A DNA stretch of 63,963 nucleotides, filler included, from a bacterium (lineage in GTDB: Bacteria; JALSQH01), in assembly GCA_026985515.1 (NCBI GenBank). It is 7 parts of 7 records of this genome, joined end to end, with 100 filler letters (N's around TTAATTAATTAA, not from the genome) between each part and the next. Parts side by side here need not be neighbours in the genome. Positions count along the whole stretch, not along the records: positions 57,230 to 61,850 come from JALSQH010000060.1; positions 61,951 to 63,963 come from JALSQH010000189.1; 5 more parts are not named here. One strand, written 5' to 3'. Position 1 is the stretch's first letter; each line of letters opens with the position of its first letter. Positions 59,999-63,963 of the stretch are shown piece after piece. The notes under the pieces were generated by a model that did no database searches, was not told where the DNA came from, and saw nothing but the letters and a program-made list of their open reading frames with translations. The position numbers and the translations under genes were made by a program.

Positions 59999-61345
59999 AT
60001 GAAAAGAGACCTGTTTATTGTTGCTGTTTTTATTTTCCAGCTTTTTATTTCTGGCTGTGGGAATAACATTGAAGAAACCATTGGCAACAAGAAAGTAATA
60101 AAAGGAACCTTTGTTATGAATGGTTACTACGGTGGGAAGAAAGATGACTGGTTTTTTCATGTAATCCCTACTGAAGAGGGTTACATAGGTTGGGGGTACA
60201 CTCAAAGTTATGGTGAAGGTTTTGAAGATGTGTTACTTGTGGATTTTGATAAAAAGTGGAATATCAGGTGGATGAAAACGTATGGAACAAAGGTTACGGA
60301 TGTTTTAAAGGACCTAAAAGTAGAGGGGAATCATCTATATCTGGCAGGATATTTTTATCCTTCAGACCCTGCTGAGTATTCAGGATGGCTCGCAAAAATA
60401 AGAATTAACGACGGAAGCATAGAGTGGGTCAGGAAAGTATATTTCAATGGGACTTATTTCGGAGAGGAAGGAACTCTCCTCAGAGGAATTTGTATAAATG
60501 GAGATGAACTGGTTACTTTCTCCGAGCTTATTGTGTCAGGAGATGTAAACGCTATTGGAGTGATTTCATTTAGCAAAGATGAGGGGCTTCCTGATGAATC
60601 GGTTTTCTTTAGAGAAGTAGATATTTATCATTATAATCTGGGTATTAGAGGTTGTTTTGTAGATGGAGATAGAATTTTAAGTGGATATATTGCAGTAGGA
60701 TTGGAATCTCCCGTTGCAGGGCTTCTGGAGTTTAGTAACGGAAAGTTAAAGTTTAAGGGAGTTGGACTTGATGTCTCAGGGTATAAAACATACCTTCTGG
60801 ATCCTAAAATCTACAATGGAAAAATTTATCTGATCAATTCTACTGAAGATTCCTACATACTGCGTACAGATAAAAATTTAAGCAGCTTTTCTGCTATGAA
60901 TGCATTTTTAGGTACAAATACAATAGTAATAAACGACGTTGTGGAAAATGGTGATAGTGTTGTTTTAACAGGAGAAGTTAACGATGCTTCTATCTTTGCC
61001 AGGACAAAGTGGAAGGAAGGATCTGTTTTCGGAAAGTATTTCTACGATGAGGAGGAAGAAAATTTTTTCAGTTTTTATGATGTGATTAAAAAGGATGACT
61101 CTTACAGAATAGTTTTCAGTGGTAATGGTGGAGAAATTAATGAAAAAGATATCGCAGTTACGATAAAAGAGATCCCGATATACAAGATTATTACTGAAGA
61201 TGTCTCAGATTATATTGATGAGGAGGTTTCGGTATTGGTTGAAAAATATGAAAATGATTTTAAAGTGCATTCGATAAAACTTTATCCTTCTTCAATACCT
61301 CATGGGGGTGTAGATTTCGGATTTATTGATGTGAGGGGAGACTGA
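59999..61345 (+). CDS. Hypothetical lipoprotein, probably beta-propeller-like
   Basis: MKRDLFIVAVFIFQLFISGC lipobox; YYGG..DD, GYTQSYG.G.EDVLL, W.KTYG repeats. Confidence 0.75.
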   Translation: MKRDLFIVAVFIFQLFISGCGNNIEETIGNKKVIKGTFVMNGYYGGKKDDWFFHVIPTEEGYIGWGYTQSYGEGFEDVLLVDFDKKWNIRWMKTYGTKVTDVLKDLKVEGNHLYLAGYFYPSDPAEYSGWLAKIRINDGSIEWVRKVYFNGTYFGEEGTLLRGICINGDELVTFSELIVSGDVNAIGVISFSKDEGLPDESVFFREVDIYHYNLGIRGCFVDGDRILSGYIAVGLESPVAGLLEFSNGKLKFKGVGLDVSGYKTYLLDPKIYNGKIYLINSTEDSYILRTDKNLSSFSAMNAFLGTNTIVINDVVENGDSVVLTGEVNDASIFARTKWKEGSVFGKYFYDEEEENFFSFYDVIKKDDSYRIVFSGNGGEINEKDIAVTIKEIPIYKIITEDVSDYIDEEVSVLVEKYENDFKVHSIKLYPSSIPHGGVDFGFIDVRGD

Positions 61346-61439
61346 CAGTCAAGCTATGTTGTGCCGGGAGAGGTAGTATGAGCTAATACTTTTGTTGCTC
61401 ACTGTCTCTCCAATGTTAGAGGTAATGGATGAATTTCTT

Positions 61440-61601
61440 CTATGTATGTTTAACATATTTAAGAAGTGCTGCTTCAGCCATAAAAAACATGGCATAATAA
61501 CTACTTGAAACGCAAGAATCGTAGTCACCAGTATCAAATGCGTGTTTAGCTGTAGCAAGAAATTTTTCCGCTTTCTTCATAAAGTCTCTTATCTCCTTCA
61601 T
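61440..61601 (-). pseudogene. Truncated HEPN domain toxin
   Basis: MKEIRDFMKKAEKFLATAKHAFDTGDYDSCVSSSYYAMFFMAEAALL-KYVKHT*: HEPN N-terminal half, stops at 53 aa. Confidence 0.75.
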
Positions 61602-61723
61602 ATACTGATCCCTTCTTTTTTCACATTTAATATAAAAGGATAGTTGTGTTTTTTAAAGAACCCTGAGGGTAGCACAACGATTGTAATGTTTCCCATTATA
61701 ACATTTGTTGTCACCTTTTTCAC
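61598..61723 (-). pseudogene. Remnant of a minimal nucleotidyltransferase (MNT) antitoxin
   Basis: 41 aa ending IVV....F....YPFILNVKKEGISI*, a typical MNT C-terminus; ATGA overlap with the HEPN fragment; no GS...DxD motif. Confidence 0.55.
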
Positions 61724-61767
61724 ACCCCCCTTTGACTCAATTTCTCTTCTGTTCTATCCTTTAAGTG

Positions 61768-61850
61768 ATGGAGCCTGTTTTTTACAGGTATTTTGAAGGG
61801 TTAAGGAAAATTCCCAGGGTGCCTCTGGGGGATTTTCCCACGCCCGTACA
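61768..61850 (+). CDS. PLP-dependent D-cysteine desulfhydrase/ACC deaminase family, N-terminal fragment
   Basis: MEPVFYRYFEGLRKIPRVPLGDFPTPV; upstream TTGACT-N17-TATCCT. Confidence 0.6.
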
Positions 61851-61950
61851 NNNNNNNNNNNNNNNNNNNNNNNNNNNNNNNNNNNNNNNNNNNNTTAATT
61901 AATTAANNNNNNNNNNNNNNNNNNNNNNNNNNNNNNNNNNNNNNNNNNNN
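61851..61950. other. Assembly gap linker
   Basis: N-TTAATTAATTAA-N. Confidence 0.99.
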
Positions 61951-61951
61951 G

Positions 61952-62077
61952 ACAATCCACCTCTTTGAGGAAGGAATTGACATGCTTTCTTCCCTTTACG
62001 ATTCTGAGGAATTGAAGGAAGGAATGACTGCATTTCTGGAAAAGAGAAAACCAGACTTCAACAAATTCAGAAAATAG
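61952..62077 (+). CDS. Enoyl-CoA hydratase/crotonase family, C-terminal fragment
   Basis: SEELKEGMTAFLEKRKPDFNKFRK*. Confidence 0.85.
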   Translation, partial: TIHLFEEGIDMLSSLYDSEELKEGMTAFLEKRKPDFNKFRK

Positions 62078-62086
62078 GAGGCAAAA

Positions 62087-62935
62087 ATGATAAAAGGTGT
62101 AATTGTAATTGGTGCAGGGACAATGGGAACAGGAATTGCTCAGGTGTTTGCCTCACATGGAATCAGGGTCTTTCTGAACGATATAAGTATGGATATTGTA
62201 GAGAGATCCCTGAAAACTATTGAAAAAAATCTTTCCCGCCAGGTTTCAAAGGGTAAAATGACTGAAGAAGAAATGAAAAAAGCCCTCTCTCTAATTGAAT
62301 TTCTTCCAGATATAAAGGAAAAAAAAGAAGTGGAACTGGTTGTTGAAGCAGCGATTGAGAAAATGGTGGTAAAAAAGGAAATCTTCGCCACACTGGATAC
62401 CACTTACCCTGAAGAAGTTATTCTTGCATCCAACACCTCTTCTTTACCAATAACTGAAATTGCTTCAGCAACATCAAAACCTGAAAGGGTAGCCGGTATG
62501 CATTTTTTCAATCCTGCACCCGTAATAAAGCTAATTGAAGTTATAAAGGGAATGAGAACTTCCGATGAAGTTATTGAGAGAATTGTGGAAATTTCAAAAT
62601 TCCTTGGAAAAGAACCTGTGGTGGTAAATGATTCACCTGGATTTGCCACATCAAGATTCCTGATGGTCATGATAAATGAAGCAATATGCGGATTGTGGGA
62701 GAATGTTGCCACGGCAGAGGGAATTGACACGGCTATGAAATTAGGAATGAACCACCCAATGGGTCCCCTTGAACTCGCTGATCTGATCGGCCTGGATGTG
62801 TGTCTAAATATAATGGAGTTTCTGTATGAGAGTTTCAAAGATCCCAGATACAGACCCTGTCCACTGCTGAAAAAGATGGTAGCAGCTGGTTTTTTAGGAA
62901 AAAAGAGTGGAAGGGGGTTTTACAGGTACGAATAA
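62087..62935 (+). CDS. hbd: 3-hydroxybutyryl-CoA / 3-hydroxyacyl-CoA dehydrogenase
   Basis: IGAGTMGTGIAQ, ASNTSS, GMHFFNPAP, NHPMGPLELADLIGLD. Confidence 0.93.
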   Translation: MIKGVIVIGAGTMGTGIAQVFASHGIRVFLNDISMDIVERSLKTIEKNLSRQVSKGKMTEEEMKKALSLIEFLPDIKEKKEVELVVEAAIEKMVVKKEIFATLDTTYPEEVILASNTSSLPITEIASATSKPERVAGMHFFNPAPVIKLIEVIKGMRTSDEVIERIVEISKFLGKEPVVVNDSPGFATSRFLMVMINEAICGLWENVATAEGIDTAMKLGMNHPMGPLELADLIGLDVCLNIMEFLYESFKDPRYRPCPLLKKMVAAGFLGKKSGRGFYRYE

Positions 62936-63188
62936 GAGCTGGCACCTTTCAGAAAATTTGAGAAACCTTCTCTTTACTTTTGCTCTTATCATCTCCATTT
63001 TGCTGATGGGAGTGGTGGGATATAAAAACTGGACTCTCCAGCTCTCATCATCAACCGAAAATGTGAAAATTTCAACCAATCAGGATGAATCCGTGAGAGA
63101 ATTATACCTCCTCAAGCTCATTAAAAGAGGAATTCTTTCAGACAGAGAGGCTATGTTCTGGAAGGAGGTAACGGAGGAGAATGAGTAA
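62907..63188 (+). CDS. Small single-TM protein coupled to amrS (start uncertain, TTG at 62958 possible)
   Basis: Hydrophobic LLFTFALIISILLMGVVG; ends LSDREAMFWKEV...; overlaps the amrS start. Confidence 0.55.
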   Translation: MEGGFTGTNKSWHLSENLRNLLFTFALIISILLMGVVGYKNWTLQLSSSTENVKISTNQDESVRELYLLKLIKRGILSDREAMFWKEVTEENE

Positions 63189-63963
63189 AACTGTCCAGTG
63201 CCAGTTATGTCCAAAAAAGTGCATTTTACGTCCAGGTGAAAGAGGTAATTGCAGGGTCAGAGCAAACATTAACGGGAAACTTGTAACCCTCGTTTACGGG
63301 AAAGCTGCAACATACCATGTTGATCCCATTGAGAAAAAACCCCTTTTTCACTTCTATCCCGCCACCAGAATATTTTCCATTGCCACTGCCGGTTGCAATA
63401 TGCACTGTTTAAATTGCCAGAACTGGGAACTTTCCCAGAGCAACCCGGAAGATATAAACAGCATTGATCTGTCTCCGGAAATGATTGTAGATGCTGTAAC
63501 CAGATACAGAATTCCTTCCATTGCCTATACATACAATGAACCAGTGATTTTTTACGAATATGTTTATGATACATCAAAATTATCAAGGGAAAAGGGAATA
63601 AAAAATGTCCTTGTGACCGCTGCTCTCATAAATCAGGAGCCATTAAAGGAATTATTAAAATATATTGATGCGGCCACAGTGGATATCAAGGCCATGAGTG
63701 AATCATTCTACAGAAAAATTTGTGATGGTTACCTCGAACCTGTTCTTGAAGCGGTAAAAACAATGTGGCAAACTGGTATACATCTTGAGCTCAGCAACTT
63801 AGTAATACCCACCCTTAATGATGACGATGCTTCCATAAAAAGGTTAACAGACTGGATTGCAACAAACATCTCAACTGATGTACCCCTTCATTTTCTCAGA
63901 TTTTTCCCACAATACAAGATGAAACATATCTATCCAACCCCGGTTAAAACTCTTGAAAAAGTT
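63181..63963 (+). CDS. amrS: AmmeMemoRadiSam system radical SAM enzyme, runs off the window
   Basis: Manual translation MSKTVQCQLCPKKC..GERGNCRVRAN, DPIEKKPLFHFYP, AGCNMHCLNCQNWELSQ, AYTYNEP, LHFLRFFP.YKM. Confidence 0.93.
   Translation, partial: MSKTVQCQLCPKKCILRPGERGNCRVRANINGKLVTLVYGKAATYHVDPIEKKPLFHFYPATRIFSIATAGCNMHCLNCQNWELSQSNPEDINSIDLSPEMIVDAVTRYRIPSIAYTYNEPVIFYEYVYDTSKLSREKGIKNVLVTAALINQEPLKELLKYIDAATVDIKAMSESFYRKICDGYLEPVLEAVKTMWQTGIHLELSNLVIPTLNDDDASIKRLTDWIATNISTDVPLHFLRFFPQYKMKHIYPTPVKTLEKV

Overview
A ~64 kb low-GC bacterial scaffold made of seven contig pieces joined by 100-nt N-TTAATTAATTAA-N linkers. Gene content suggests a thermophilic, probably deltaproteobacterium-like organism (inference). 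It is mostly housekeeping: DHH/CBS tRNA nucleotidyltransferase, gdh, peptidases, gatB, trmH, a four-subunit 2-oxoacid:ferredoxin oxidoreductase, glpX, nuoG-N, rsmG-parA-parB-bactofilin, fni, aroF-ileS-lspA-bioA-bioD, ttuC-ttuB-ttuA, thrC, wza-wzc-cpsB, hbd, amrS and three tRNAs (Leu-GAG, Gly-GCC, Cys-GCA). Five things stand out. (1) A translationally coupled, precursor-less peptide-modification cassette (nucleotidyltransferase, HPr-kinase-like P-loop protein, PqqD/RRE, radical SAM/SPASM) embedded between a lipoprotein, a Macro-like protein, an MBL hydrolase and Maf. (2) An atypical sigma-54 activator divergent from an unknown gene that has a near-consensus -24/-12 promoter, with a decayed MNT-HEPN pair nearby. 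(3) A wza gene whose lipoprotein signal peptide has no ATG/GTG/TTG start, implying an ATT start or a base error. (4) An amrS gene whose N-terminal motif sits on a separate membrane-anchored ORF. (5) Several apparently leaderless genes. All family assignments come from motif recognition by eye; no searches were run.
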